Source: an uncultured Enterobacterales bacterium
Lineage (GTDB): Bacteria; Myxococcota_A; UBA796; CAZKWG01
Direction of reading: 5' to 3'
NCBI GenBank assembly: GCA_964556105.1
Contig: CAZKWG010000002.1
Coordinates: 1 to 40,159 of the forward strand
DNA length: 40,159 bases
Positions 1 through 10,246 of this stretch are shown one piece after another. The position numbers and the translations under genes are program-made. Positions within the stretch are counted from its first letter, which is position 1; each line of letters begins with the position of its first letter. The notes under the pieces are model-generated. The model saw only the letters and a program-made list of their open reading frames with translations, searched no databases and was not told where the DNA came from.

Positions 1-3
1 CCC

Positions 4-3000
4 TCACCCCTTCCGAGCGCGCGTAACCCCCGCCTTCAGGTTCTCGACCCACAGGAAGATCACCGGCACGACCAGCAGCGTCAGGAACGTGGAGCTGATC
101 ACGCCACCAATGACGGCGATCGCCATCGGCGCGCGGAACTCGGACCCCACGCCCGTCCCCAGCGCCGTGGGCAACATCCCCAGCGCCATCGCCGCGCTGG
201 TCATCAGGATCGGCCGCAGCCGCCGCGGGCCCGCCTGACGCAGAGCCTCGATCGGCGTGTGCCCGTCACGAATGGCCTGAAGCGCGCCATCGACCAGGAG
301 GATCGCGTTCTTGGTCACCAGCCCCATCAACAGGATCAGCCCGATCAGGCTGCCCATGGAGATGCTGTTCCCCGACAGCCCGAGGCCGAACACCGCGCCG
401 ACCAGCGCCAGCGGGATCGACGCCAGCAGCGTGAACGGGTGCACGAAGCTCTCGAACTGGCTGGCCAGCACCATGTAGATGAAGGCGCCCGCCACCAGCA
501 CCGCCAGACCCATCGCCGAGATGGTGTCCGCCATGTCCTTGGCCTGGCCATCGACCGTCAGGTAGTAGCCTTCGGGCAGGGGATTCTGCTTCATGTCCTC
601 GTAGAAGGAGTCGACGAGCGTGCCCAGCGCTCCGCCGGCGCGCACCTGTGAGCTGATGGTGACCGAGCGCATGCGGTTGTAGTGCTCGATCGTGCTGGCC
701 CCCGTCTCCATCTCGATGCTGGCGACGTCGCCCAGCGCGACCTGGCCGCGTGGGCTGGGCAGCGGCAGGGCGCCGATGGCCGCGGCGTCCAAGGCGAAGG
801 TCGGCGCGGCGCGCATCCGAATGTCGGCCTCGCTGCCGCCATCGCGCAGCGTGCCGATGATCTCGCCGTCCACCAGCATGCGCGCCGTGGCTCCCGCCAG
901 CGCCGTGGGCACGCCGCGATCGGCGGAGGCGGCGCGATCGATGCGCACGACCAGCTCCGGCCGGCCCGGATCGATGGTCAGGCGGGTGTCGGAGGCGTCG
1001 GGCTGGGCCGCGAGCACGTCGCGGACCTTGCGGCCCTCCTTGAGCACGCCCTCCAGCGTGGGGCCCTGCAGGATGAGCATGAGGGGCGGAAAGTCGCCGA
1101 GGCCCTCGATGATGGCGGGCTCCGTCAGCGTGGCCTCGGCGCCGGGCACCCCCTCGATGACCTCGCGCACCCGCGCCTTGAGCTCGTTGAGCGACTCGGC
1201 GCGCTCGTCCTTGTCCTTGACGCGCACCCGGTACCGGGCGCGGTTCGGCTGGTTCTCGTGCCCGATGATCGTGTAGACGCGCACGACGCCCGGCACCGCG
1301 CGGAGCTGCTCCTCCACCGCGAGCGACATGGCGTTGGTGGCCTCCAACGCCATCCCGACCGGAAGGCGGACGTCGGCGAGGATCTCGGAGCGATCCTGGG
1401 CCGGCACGAACTCCTTGGGCAGCAGGGCCAGCAGCACGCCGGAGAGGGCGAGCACGCCCAGCACGACCGCCACGGTCATGTTCTGGTGGTTGAGCACGCC
1501 ATCCAGGATGCGGCGATAGCCGTCGTCCACCCGGTCGAGGAAGGCGCGGACGCGGCGCGTGACCGGGCCGTCCTCCTCGTGGTGGTGGACCTTGGCGAAG
1601 CGCGCCGAGAGCATCGGGTCCAGGGTGAAGGCCACGAAGAGCGAGAGCAGCACAGCGACGGCGATGGTGAGGCCGAACTGCTTGAAGAACTGGCCGACGA
1701 TGCCGGACATGAAGGCGACGGGCACGAAGACCGCCACCAGGCTCAGCGTCGTCGCGAGCACGGCCAGCGCGATCTCCGAGGTCCCGCGGCTGGCGGCGAC
1801 CTCGGGCGGATCACCGGCCTCCAGCCGGCGGGTGATGCTCTCGCGCACGACCACCGCGTCGTCGATGAGCAGCCCGATGGCGAGGCTCAGCGCCAGCAGC
1901 GTCATGGTGTTCAGCGAGAAGCCCAGGGCCTCCATGAAGGCGAAGGTGCCGATGATCGAGGTGGGCAGCGCCAGCGCGCTGATGATGGTGCCGCGGAGGT
2001 CCAGCAGGAAGAAGAGGATGACCATCACGGCGATGGCGCCACCAAAGTAGATGGCGATCCAGACCTCGTGGGCGTTGGCCTCAATCTCGATAGACTGGTC
2101 GGAGATGATCTCGAAGCTCGCGCCCTGCGCCATCCCTGGCACGACCTCGGCGAGCTTCTGCTGCACCGTCTCGCAGACCTCGATCGTGTTCGCGTCCGAG
2201 CGCTTGACCACCTCGATGGCGACGGCCTCGAAGCTGTTGTTTCGGACGAACCGATCGGGCTTCGTGGTGCCGTCGATGACGCTCGCCACGTCGCCCAGGC
2301 GCACCTGAACGCCCATCGGCGTCTGAAAGACGACGGCGTTCTTCAGGTCGTCTACGGACGTAAACTGGCCTTCGCTGCGGATGCCGATCGCGTAGTCGCC
2401 CTGGCGGTACTCGCCGATGGGCAGGCTCATGTTGTCCGCGCCGAGCCGCTGCGCGAGCTGGCTCACCGGGATGCCGAGGGCCGCCAGCTTGTCCAGATCC
2501 AGGTTCACCTGGACCTCGCGGTCCTGACCGCCGAGGATGTTCACGGAGCCGACGCCCGGGACCTGCTCCAGGGCCGGTCGCAGGCGCTCGTCCACCAGGG
2601 CGCGGGTGGCGTTGATCCCGCCCGGCGTGCTCACCGCCGCCACGATCACCGGCAGCGCGCCGATGTCGATCTGGCGGATCACCGGGTCCTCGGCGCCGCT
2701 GGGCATGTCGCGTCGCGCGCCGTTGACCCGGTCGCGCACCGCGTTCGTCGCCTCGCCGAAGTCGGTGCCCATGTCGAACTTCAGGATCATGAAGGTCGAA
2801 TTGGTGCGGGTGTATGAGCGGATGTCCGAGAGGCCGGAGATGCCGGCGACGGCGTCCTCCAGCGGCTTGACCACGTCGCGCTCGATGTCCTCCGGCCCTG
2901 CGCCCGGGTAGACGGTGAGCACCGAGAGGAAGGGGAACGTGACGGGCGGGTAGAGCTCAGTGCGCAGCCGGCCGATGGAGAGCAGGCCCAGGACCACGAA

Positions 3001-3060
3001 GACCATGCTGAGCATGGTCGTGAACACCGGCCGCCGGATCGCGACGTCGGAGAGGTTCAT
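4..3060 (-). CDS. RND-family efflux transporter, inner-membrane permease subunit (AcrB/HAE-like)
   Basis: 1018-aa ORF. The N-terminus MNLSDVAIRRPVFTTMLSMVFVVLG, the length, and the alternating TM / large-loop layout are typical of AcrB-type pumps. Its ATG (3058-3060) overlaps the stop of the upstream adaptor gene (ATGA). Confidence 0.9.
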   Translation of the reverse strand: MNLSDVAIRRPVFTTMLSMVFVVLGLLSIGRLRTELYPPVTFPFLSVLTVYPGAGPEDIERDVVKPLEDAVAGISGLSDIRSYTRTNSTFMILKFDMGTDFGEATNAVRDRVNGARRDMPSGAEDPVIRQIDIGALPVIVAAVSTPGGINATRALVDERLRPALEQVPGVGSVNILGGQDREVQVNLDLDKLAALGIPVSQLAQRLGADNMSLPIGEYRQGDYAIGIRSEGQFTSVDDLKNAVVFQTPMGVQVRLGDVASVIDGTTKPDRFVRNNSFEAVAIEVVKRSDANTIEVCETVQQKLAEVVPGMAQGASFEIISDQSIEIEANAHEVWIAIYFGGAIAVMVILFFLLDLRGTIISALALPTSIIGTFAFMEALGFSLNTMTLLALSLAIGLLIDDAVVVRESITRRLEAGDPPEVAASRGTSEIALAVLATTLSLVAVFVPVAFMSGIVGQFFKQFGLTIAVAVLLSLFVAFTLDPMLSARFAKVHHHEEDGPVTRRVRAFLDRVDDGYRRILDGVLNHQNMTVAVVLGVLALSGVLLALLPKEFVPAQDRSEILADVRLPVGMALEATNAMSLAVEEQLRAVPGVVRVYTIIGHENQPNRARYRVRVKDKDERAESLNELKARVREVIEGVPGAEATLTEPAIIEGLGDFPPLMLILQGPTLEGVLKEGRKVRDVLAAQPDASDTRLTIDPGRPELVVRIDRAASADRGVPTALAGATARMLVDGEIIGTLRDGGSEADIRMRAAPTFALDAAAIGALPLPSPRGQVALGDVASIEMETGASTIEHYNRMRSVTISSQVRAGGALGTLVDSFYEDMKQNPLPEGYYLTVDGQAKDMADTISAMGLAVLVAGAFIYMVLASQFESFVHPFTLLASIPLALVGAVFGLGLSGNSISMGSLIGLILLMGLVTKNAILLVDGALQAIRDGHTPIEALRQAGPRRLRPILMTSAAMALGMLPTALGTGVGSEFRAPMAIAVIGGVISSTFLTLLVVPVIFLWVENLKAGVTRARKG

Positions 3061-4094
3061 TCCACACCCAGCCCGCTCGGCGGATCAGAGAGCACCCGGT
3101 CGCTCGCGGTGAGCGCCCCGGTGACGATGGCGCGGTCTCCGTCTTTGCGGATCAGCTCGACGTTCACCTTGACCGGCTGGCTGGGGTCGCCGCCCTCGCG
3201 CACGGCGAAGACGACGAACTCCGGCCGGGCGACCACCGCCGTCGCGGGGACCGACCAGGCGCCGGCGTCCTGGCTGGACTGGATGGTGGCGCGGGCGAAG
3301 GTGTAGGCGCGCAGGCCCTCCGGCGGCGCGCTGACGACCAGCTCCACGGGGAGGCGGCGGGTCATTGGATCGAGCGCGTCCAGCACGCGCGACACCTTGC
3401 CCGGGGCGCTCACGCCGGAGCCGCCGACCACGGTGGCGTCGAGGCCCTCGCGGAGCCAGGTCGCCGACTCGGGCGCCGTGCCCTTGAGCTGAAGGGTGGA
3501 CAGGTCGGCGACCAGGAACAGCGGCATCCCCGCGCCCACGACCATGCCTGGGTTGTCCGGCGCGTTGGTGACGACCCCGGCGATGGGGCTGATGAGCGTG
3601 TGAAAGCCCACGTTGGTCTTGGCCAGCCGCAGCGCCGCGCGCGCCTGCTCCACGCCGGCCCGCCCGGCCTCGATCCCCGCCTTGGCGTCGGCGAACTGCT
3701 GCTCGGACATGCCCTTCGCCTCGTAGAGGGCGACCGCGCGGGCGAAGCTGGCCTCTCCCGCCTCGAGCTGGGCCTGGGCGCCCTTGACCGCGGCCTCGGC
3801 CTGCGCGAGCTGAGCGCTGGCCATGCTCGTGTCCAGGCGGCCCAGGGCCTGCCCGCGCTCGACCAGCTGGCCGCGGGTGACCAGCAGGGTGGCCAGCCGA
3901 CCGGGCACGTCGAAGCCGAGCTGCACGGAGGCGACGGGCTCCAGCGAGCCGGTCAGCTCGAGCTCGGGTCGGAACACGGCCGCCTCGACCGGCGCCATGT
4001 CCAGGTTCGCGGGGGCGCCTCCCGTGGTCGGCGTCGGCGCCGCGCCATCGCAGGCAAAGAGATTGAGCGCGAGGGGGATCAGCAGGAAGAGCAT
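3057..4094 (-). CDS. RND efflux periplasmic adaptor (membrane fusion protein, HlyD/AcrA family), lipoprotein
   Basis: 345 aa. The signal peptide has lipobox LNLFAC. A coiled-coil Ala/Gln-rich hairpin segment (AQLAQAEAAVKGAQAQLEA...) is flanked by beta-barrel-like segments. The gene is translationally coupled to the RND permease. Confidence 0.85.
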   Translation of the reverse strand: MLFLLIPLALNLFACDGAAPTPTTGGAPANLDMAPVEAAVFRPELELTGSLEPVASVQLGFDVPGRLATLLVTRGQLVERGQALGRLDTSMASAQLAQAEAAVKGAQAQLEAGEASFARAVALYEAKGMSEQQFADAKAGIEAGRAGVEQARAALRLAKTNVGFHTLISPIAGVVTNAPDNPGMVVGAGMPLFLVADLSTLQLKGTAPESATWLREGLDATVVGGSGVSAPGKVSRVLDALDPMTRRLPVELVVSAPPEGLRAYTFARATIQSSQDAGAWSVPATAVVARPEFVVFAVREGGDPSQPVKVNVELIRKDGDRAIVTGALTASDRVLSDPPSGLGVE

Positions 4095-4135
4095 GGGGGG
4101 CGTCCGTACATGACGCCGGACACCCGGCGTCGGGC

Positions 4136-5881
4136 TCAGGGCTCTATCCTGTTCGGGCGCACCCGGGAGCCCTCGCGCGCACCTCGCAGCAGCGTCTCGT
4201 CGGCGCCCAGGGTCGCCGCCTGCGCGCGCGATCGCTCGGCCTCCTCGCGCTGCCCAGCCTGATCCTGGGCGAGCGCGAGCTGGTACCAGACCTCCCAGCG
4301 ACGGGGGTGTTGTCCGGCGAGGCCGTGGAGCGCGCGCAGCGCCTCGTCAGCGCGCCCGAGCTGCAGCAGGAGGCCGGCGTAGGTGAGCTGCTCCTCCAGC
4401 CGCCCGGGGCTCAGCGCGACGACGCGGGCGTAGAGGTCTACGGCCGCCGCGGTCTCCCCGGCGCGGACCAGGGCGCTCCCCACGTTCGCCGCCTCGGCCG
4501 CCTCGCGCTCCACCCCAGCGTGTCGTGACCAGGAGAGGGCCGGCCCGCCCGCCATCCCGTCGGGCAGCACCAGCCGGCCGATGAAGGGGTCCGCGCTCAG
4601 GAGCAGGCTGAACACCGGCGCCCAGAGCAGGCGTCTGGGCTGCCGGATCCCCAGCGTCAGGCCCGCCGCGGCGAGGGGCAGCAGGCCGGCCCAGGCGGGC
4701 AGCCGATAGCGCTCGACCACGCCGAAGGGGGCCAGGGACAGGGCGAGCACCAGGACGATCCCGCCGAGCAAGGTGGCCTCCCGTCGGCGCCCCGACGCCC
4801 AGAGCAGCCAGGCGCCCACGACGGCGAGGCCGGGCAGCGCCCAGCTCGGGTCGGGCAGCAGGCCGAGGAGGCGCCTCTCCCGGCGGTGCGCGTCATAGGC
4901 GTAGTGGTCGTGCTGGCTCCAGGTGGCCAGCGCGACGTAGAGGCGGCCCGCCGTGCGCTCGGCCGCGCCTCTCCAGTCCTGGGCGATGCGCGCCTCCGCC
5001 AGGTGCCGCCAGTGACGATCGGCGGACGCGGGGGAGAGCGGGCGACCGAGCGCCAGCTCTGCCTCGCGCTGGAACCAGGCCGTCATCGCCTCCAGGTTGT
5101 TGGGGCAGGGCGGCGGCGTGAGCTGCACGCTGAAGGAGCCTGGCTCGTGCGCCATGTAGAGGTTGGCGCCCAGGTTGGCGCTCACCGCGACCGGGTCGCC
5201 GCTGACCGCGACGTTTCGCGCCGTCCCGACCAGCAGCGTGAGCCCCAGCCCCAGACCCAGCAGCCCCGCCAGGCGCAGGCGCTGCGCTCGCGTCCGGAGC
5301 GCTCCCTCGGGCCAGGCGACCACCAGGGCGAGCACGGGCGCGAGCAGCAGCTGGTTCGGCCGCAGGTAGCAGGAGAGGCCCAGGGCCAGACCGGCGCCCA
5401 GCGCGGCGGCCGGCGTCGCGCGCAGCACCAGCAGGCCGGCCAGGGCGACGAGGGCGAGGGGAGGGGAGACCCCCAGCAGGGTGAGCGCGTGAAACGGGAG
5501 GTTGGGAGCCAGGGCTGCCGTGCCACCTGCCAGCAGACCGGCCCAGGGGCCCGCGACGCGCTCGCCCAGCCGCCGGATCAGCTCCACCGCCAGCAGATCG
5601 AGGCCCAGCAGGAGCAGCGCCGGCGGCCCCGTCCCCGCGCCTCCCAGCGCGCCGGCCAGCGCGAACAGGAAGCCCAGCCCCGGCGCCACCACCCAGGTCG
5701 CGTCCGAGCCGTCCAGGTCTCCGCCCAGCACCCTCCCGGCGAAGGCCATGTGCCAGGCCGGGTCGAGCACCGCCACCCGCGCGCCCAGCCAGGCCCGCCA
5801 CTCCACCCACAGCCCGATTCGCACCCCCAGCGCGACGAGGAGGAGCAGGGGAGCCAGGAGCCGGGCGGAGGGTGCGCGCAC
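4136..5881 (-). CDS. Polytopic membrane protein with C-terminal TPR repeats (GT-C/ArnT-PMT-like glycosyltransferase fold suspected)
   Basis: 581 aa with a GTG start. About 10 hydrophobic helices are followed by TPR-like repeats (AVDLYARVVALSPGRLEEQLTYAGLLLQLGRADEALRAL...WYQLALAQDQAGQREEA). The enzymatic assignment is inference. Confidence 0.6.
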   Translation of the reverse strand: MRAPSARLLAPLLLLVALGVRIGLWVEWRAWLGARVAVLDPAWHMAFAGRVLGGDLDGSDATWVVAPGLGFLFALAGALGGAGTGPPALLLLGLDLLAVELIRRLGERVAGPWAGLLAGGTAALAPNLPFHALTLLGVSPPLALVALAGLLVLRATPAAALGAGLALGLSCYLRPNQLLLAPVLALVVAWPEGALRTRAQRLRLAGLLGLGLGLTLLVGTARNVAVSGDPVAVSANLGANLYMAHEPGSFSVQLTPPPCPNNLEAMTAWFQREAELALGRPLSPASADRHWRHLAEARIAQDWRGAAERTAGRLYVALATWSQHDHYAYDAHRRERRLLGLLPDPSWALPGLAVVGAWLLWASGRRREATLLGGIVLVLALSLAPFGVVERYRLPAWAGLLPLAAAGLTLGIRQPRRLLWAPVFSLLLSADPFIGRLVLPDGMAGGPALSWSRHAGVEREAAEAANVGSALVRAGETAAAVDLYARVVALSPGRLEEQLTYAGLLLQLGRADEALRALHGLAGQHPRRWEVWYQLALAQDQAGQREEAERSRAQAATLGADETLLRGAREGSRVRPNRIEP

Positions 5882-6028
5882 AGGCTCTGGCTATTCCGGC
5901 GCCGCGCGGTCGTCCGTCGACCGTCGACGGACCTCCGTCAGGGGCGCCCAAAGCTGGCGTTTGAACGTTGGCACGCCGCTTGCTTCCCCCATCGGCGAAC
6001 CCGCGTCGCGAACCTGACAGGAGGTCCC

Positions 6029-6220
6029 ATGCAGCCCAGAAGTCGTCTGTTTCAGATTGGTGATCATGAGCCCCGGCGCGCGCAGAAGCGCCCCGCGGCC
6101 GCCACGAAGAGCCCGTCGACGGGCGAGAGCCTCTTCGACGAGCTGCGCCGCGACTGTCTGCTGCGCCACGGCGTCGCGCCTCGCCGCGCGATCTGGCCGA
6201 GCGATCCCTGGGGTCTCTGA
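6029..6220 (+). CDS. Small hypothetical protein (63 aa)
   Basis: The ATG is preceded by a strong SD (AGGAGG at 6020-6025, 3-nt spacer). GC3 is high in the distal two-thirds. I recognise no family. It lies in the divergent intergenic region. Confidence 0.3.
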   Translation: MQPRSRLFQIGDHEPRRAQKRPAAATKSPSTGESLFDELRRDCLLRHGVAPRRAIWPSDPWGL

Positions 6221-6274
6221 CGCGCGGGCCTCGCGGAGCGCAGGCCCTCGCCCGCCCGGTTATCCCCCCGGGCC

Positions 6275-7435
6275 ATGAGCGCCCCCAGCCCCGCGATCGC
6301 CGCCGCCCGGACCCGCGTGCGCCTCTCGGCGCTCTACGCGCTCTCCTTCGGATCGTTGGGCGCCATCTTCCCCTATCTGGCCGTGGAGCTGCGCGCGGCG
6401 GGGGCGAGCCCCCTGCTGGTCGTGGGCGTCCTCTCGGCCGCCCCGGCCATCCGCCTCGTGGCAGGTCCCGTCTGGGGGATCCTCGCCGACCGCTTTCGGA
6501 TCGAGGATCGGATCCTCTGGGTGGGGGCCACGGTCGCGCTGCTCGGGTCTGCGCTGCTGGCCGGTGGGCCGGCGCTGGCCTTGCCGGGGGCGATCCTGCT
6601 GGCCCTGGGGCGCACCCCCATCGACACGACGCTGGAGGGGATGACCCTGAACGCGCTGGGGCCGGATCCGGTGGCCTACGGGCGCGTGCGGCTGTGGGGA
6701 TCGCTCGGCTTCCTCGCGGCGGCGCTCTGCGGGGGCTGGATGGAGCGAGGCTCGGGGCTGGGGCCGATGACGCTGGGCGCGGTCCTGGCGGGGCTGATGC
6801 TCGTGCTGGCCCTGACCACGCCGCGGCCGGGGCGCTTCGAGCCGGTCCCCATCGGCCCGGCGCTCCGCGCGCTCTGGGGGCAGGTGCAGGTGCGCTGGTT
6901 CCTGGTCGTCGCGGCGCTGCATTTCCTCTCGCATGCCGGCGCGACCGCCTTTCTGGCCGTGCACCTGGAGGCGCACGGCGCGCCCGGCTGGGTGACCGGC
7001 GTGACCATCTCTGTGGGCGTGGCGGTGGAGATCGTCGTGATGGCCCGCTCGCGCTGGCTCTTCTCGCGGATCGCCCCGAACACGCTGCTGCTCGGCGTCG
7101 TCGCGCTGGGCCTCCCTCGCTGGCTGCTCAACGCGGCGTTCACCAGCCCGCTCGAGGTGGTGCTGATCCAGACCCTGCACGGCCTGACCTTCGGCGCGTT
7201 CTGGGTGGCGGCGACGGCCTGGCTGGGGGCCCGCGCCGCCCCGGAGATCCGCACCAGCGCGCAGGCCCTGCTGGGCGCGGCGGTGGCGGGCGTGGGGGCG
7301 CTGGGCGGCAACCTCCTGGGGGGCTGGCTCATCGAGCGCACGACCACGGACAGGATGTTTCTGGGGATGGCGGCCGTCTCGGCCCTGGCCATCCTCGCCG
7401 CGACCCGCGCCTTCCTCCCGGTCAGGACACGTTAG
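6275..7435 (+). CDS. MFS transporter (MFS_1_like / HcaT-PPP-like)
   Basis: 386 aa with 12 predicted TM helices. The N-terminal pattern LYALSFGSLGAIFPYLAVELRAAG...GPVWGILADRFR is typical of this MFS subfamily. Confidence 0.85.
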   Translation: MSAPSPAIAAARTRVRLSALYALSFGSLGAIFPYLAVELRAAGASPLLVVGVLSAAPAIRLVAGPVWGILADRFRIEDRILWVGATVALLGSALLAGGPALALPGAILLALGRTPIDTTLEGMTLNALGPDPVAYGRVRLWGSLGFLAAALCGGWMERGSGLGPMTLGAVLAGLMLVLALTTPRPGRFEPVPIGPALRALWGQVQVRWFLVVAALHFLSHAGATAFLAVHLEAHGAPGWVTGVTISVGVAVEIVVMARSRWLFSRIAPNTLLLGVVALGLPRWLLNAAFTSPLEVVLIQTLHGLTFGAFWVAATAWLGARAAPEIRTSAQALLGAAVAGVGALGGNLLGGWLIERTTTDRMFLGMAAVSALAILAATRAFLPVRTR

Positions 7436-7479
7436 AGGAGAGGGACAGTGATCGCGCGTGCCGCGATCAGGAGGTCGCT

Positions 7480-7836
7480 GTGGACGAGCTCCAACCGCCG
7501 ACCCCGCTCCCCGGCGCCGCCGAGGTGACGGGCTATCCACTGTGGGTGGAGCGCTTCGTCCTTCCTTTCGTGCGGGATTCGAGCCTTCTACCGATTCTCA
7601 TCGCGATCATCGGCCATTTCTCCATCGCGCTCGCTCCACTCCTGCTCTGGGTCTTTCGCGCGCACAACCCGGTCGGCGCGGCGGCCCTGCTGGGCTTCCT
7701 CGTCCTGAGCGTGGAGGTCGTTTCGCTCGACCTCAAGGCGGCGCGGCGCCCGGCCGGGCTCTCGGCGGTCCTGTTCAGCACCTGGGCGCTCGCGGGTCTC
7801 TTCGCCTGGATCGGGAACCGCTACGGGCTCTTGTAA
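7480..7836 (+). CDS. Small integral membrane protein (about 118 aa, 3-4 TM), unknown function
   Basis: GTG at 7480 with AGGAGG at 7469-7474. Hydrophobic segments include LLPILIAIIGHFSIALAPLLLWVF, AAALLGFLVLSVEVV and VLFSTWALAGLFAWIG. This is the in-frame tail of track ORF 6694..7836. Confidence 0.55.
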   Translation: MDELQPPTPLPGAAEVTGYPLWVERFVLPFVRDSSLLPILIAIIGHFSIALAPLLLWVFRAHNPVGAAALLGFLVLSVEVVSLDLKAARRPAGLSAVLFSTWALAGLFAWIGNRYGLL

Positions 7837-7855
7837 GCGCGGGGAGCCCAGGGAC

Positions 7856-10246
7856 ATGTTCACGGACCTCGACCGGGACCCGCCGCTCCGCGCGCTGCTC
7901 GGGCCGACCAACACAGGGAAGACCTGGCGCGCCATCCGGCGCATGCTCGGGCACCGCTCGGGGATGATCGGCCTGCCGCTGAGGCTCCTGGCGCGCGAGG
8001 TCTACGATCGCGTCACCAGCGAGGTGGGTGAGGAGGCGGTCGCGCTGATCACCGGCGAAGAGAAGCGCATACCGGCCCGCCCCCGCTACTGGGTCTGCAC
8101 CACCGAGTCCATGCCCCTGGACCGCCCCGTGGACTTCCTGGCCATCGACGAGGTGCAGCTCATCGGGCACCGCGAGCGCGGCCACACGTTCACCGACCGC
8201 GTCCTGCGCGCCCGCGGGTTCCGCGAGACCTGGCTGATGGGCTCGGACACGGCCGAGCCGCTGCTGCGCGCCCTGGCGCCCACGGTGGACGTCGAGCGGC
8301 TGACCCGCCTGTCCAGCCTGCGCTGGGGAGGCGTGCGGGCCCTGGAGAAGCTGCCGCCGCGCACCGCGCTGATCGCGTTCTCGACCGAGGAGGTCTACCG
8401 GCTGGCCGACGCGCTCCGCCGGCGCCACGGCGGGGCCGCGGTGGTCATGGGCGCGCTCTCGCCCCGGACACGAAACGCCCAGGTCGCGCTCTACCAGTCG
8501 GGCGAGGTGCCCTGGCTGGTGGCCACGGACGCGATCGGCATGGGCCTGAACATGGACATCGACCATGTCGCCTTCGCCAGCCTGTCCAAGTGGGACGGCC
8601 GCGAGACGCGCGCGCTGACCTGGCCGGAGCTCGCCCAGATCGCCGGGCGGGCGGGGCGCTACAAGCGCGACGGCACCTTCGGCACCCTGGACAGCGTGGG
8701 CGAGCTCGCGCCCGAGGGCATCCTGGCCTTGGAGAGCCATCGCTTCCCGCCGCTGAAGACGGCCTTCTGGCGCAACCCCGAGCTGGACTTCTCCTCGCCC
8801 GACGCCCTGGTGGCCAGCCTGAAGGTCCCGCCGCCCGCTCGCGTCTTCCGCGGCGCGCCGCGCACCTCTGACCTCGACGCCCTCGAGCAGCTCGCGAAGC
8901 ACCCCGCGGTGCGCGGGGCGGCCTCCAACCCGGCCCGGGTGGCGCTGCTCTGGGAGATCTGCCGCCTGCCGGACTTCCAGCAGACCTTGACCGCCGATCA
9001 CGTCGCGCTGCTGCTCTCGCTCTGGCGTCAGCTCACGGGGCCGAAGGAGACCCTGGACAGCGACTGGTTGAACGCCGAGATCGCTCCGCTGGAGCAGACG
9101 GACGGCGACCTCGAGACCCTGCTGGTGCGCCTCACCCAGATCCGCACCTGGAACGCCATCGCCTTTCACCCGAGCTGGGTCCAGGATCGCGGCTGGCGGG
9201 AGCGCACCCGCGCCATCGAGGATCGCCTCAGCGACGCCCTGCACGAGCGCCTGATGCAGCGCTTCGTCGATCGCCGCACCATGGCCCTGATCGGCGGCGG
9301 TCAGACGCCGCGCCCTCAGGTGACGGACGATGGCAGGGTGAGCGCCGCGGGTCAGGCCATCGGCCAGCTCCAGGGGCTGCGCTTCGCCTCCGACCACCCC
9401 GCGGATCGCGCCGGCTGGCGGGTGGTGCGCGAGGGGCTCAAGGACGAGATCGCCCGCCGGGTGGAGGCGCTGGTGGCGGCGCCGCACGCGGAGATCACGC
9501 TGGGGGGCGACGGCGCGATCTTCTGGGAGGGCGGGCGGCTGGGCCGCTGGGTGGCCGGAGACGCGCTGCCGCTGCCGCAGGTGCGGATGGACGAGCTGCC
9601 GCTGATCGGTCCGGGGGCGCGCCAGCGGGTTCACCGTCGCCTCGTGGCCTGGAGCCGGGACGCGGTCGCCCGCCTGCTCGAGCCGCTGCGCGGGCCGGAG
9701 CTCGGGCAGCTCGACCGGGCCGGGCGTGGGCTGCTCTTCCTGCTGGAGCAGGGGCTGGGCGCGGTCTGGCGCGAGGACGTCGCGGACAAGGTAGACGCGC
9801 TCGGCGCGGGAGAGCGCAAGGCGCTCGGGGCGCTGGGGGTTCGGCTGGGAACGGTGGTCGTCTACAGCGCGCCCCTGCTCGAGCCGGAGGCCGTGCGCCT
9901 GCGGGCGCTGCTCTGGGCGGTCTGGCGGGGGCAGGTGCCGATCATCGCCACCGCGGAGGCCTCGTTCCCGCGCGCGGGCGACCCGGACGCGCTCCTGCCC
10001 ATGGGCTACGCGCGGGTGGGGGCGCGCGCCGTGAGGCTGGATCGCCTGGAGGACGCCCTGGCCCGCCTTCGCGCCGCCGCGCGCGCGGGCCCCTTCGCGC
10101 CGCCGCCCGCCCTGACCCGGGTGCTCGGCGTGACGCCCGAGGAGCTGCCGGAGCTGGTCATCGCCCTGGGCTGGCCGCGCCGCGCCGACGGCCTGCACGT
10201 CCGCGCCCCGCAGCGCGAGCCCCGTCGCGCCCGGAGGAGCGCGTGA
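7856..10246 (+). CDS. SUV3-like superfamily-2 ATP-dependent RNA helicase
   Basis: 796 aa. It has Walker A GPTNTGKT, motif II DEVQ, and ATDAIGMGLNMDIDHVAF (SUV3-type motif VI region), plus a long C-terminal extension. Confidence 0.8.
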   Translation: MFTDLDRDPPLRALLGPTNTGKTWRAIRRMLGHRSGMIGLPLRLLAREVYDRVTSEVGEEAVALITGEEKRIPARPRYWVCTTESMPLDRPVDFLAIDEVQLIGHRERGHTFTDRVLRARGFRETWLMGSDTAEPLLRALAPTVDVERLTRLSSLRWGGVRALEKLPPRTALIAFSTEEVYRLADALRRRHGGAAVVMGALSPRTRNAQVALYQSGEVPWLVATDAIGMGLNMDIDHVAFASLSKWDGRETRALTWPELAQIAGRAGRYKRDGTFGTLDSVGELAPEGILALESHRFPPLKTAFWRNPELDFSSPDALVASLKVPPPARVFRGAPRTSDLDALEQLAKHPAVRGAASNPARVALLWEICRLPDFQQTLTADHVALLLSLWRQLTGPKETLDSDWLNAEIAPLEQTDGDLETLLVRLTQIRTWNAIAFHPSWVQDRGWRERTRAIEDRLSDALHERLMQRFVDRRTMALIGGGQTPRPQVTDDGRVSAAGQAIGQLQGLRFASDHPADRAGWRVVREGLKDEIARRVEALVAAPHAEITLGGDGAIFWEGGRLGRWVAGDALPLPQVRMDELPLIGPGARQRVHRRLVAWSRDAVARLLEPLRGPELGQLDRAGRGLLFLLEQGLGAVWREDVADKVDALGAGERKALGALGVRLGTVVVYSAPLLEPEAVRLRALLWAVWRGQVPIIATAEASFPRAGDPDALLPMGYARVGARAVRLDRLEDALARLRAAARAGPFAPPPALTRVLGVTPEELPELVIALGWPRRADGLHVRAPQREPRRARRSA

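Noticed and set aside
682-2817. 711-aa ORF on the + strand, antisense to the RND permease gene. There are similar long antisense or alternate-frame ORFs at 7775..10198, 12035..15217, 17946..20720, 25209..27410 and 38060..39865.
   Set aside because: Their translations are Arg/Gly/Ala/Pro/His/Asp-rich low-complexity strings with no motifs. Each lies opposite a gene with clear family signatures. Long stop-free antisense frames are expected at about 70% GC.
4112-4131. GC-rich hairpin GACGCCGG-ACAC-CCGGCGTC between the TPR membrane-protein gene and the efflux adaptor gene.
   Set aside because: It has an 8-bp stem but no U-tract on the transcribed (minus) strand. I cannot call it a terminator, and it may be incidental.
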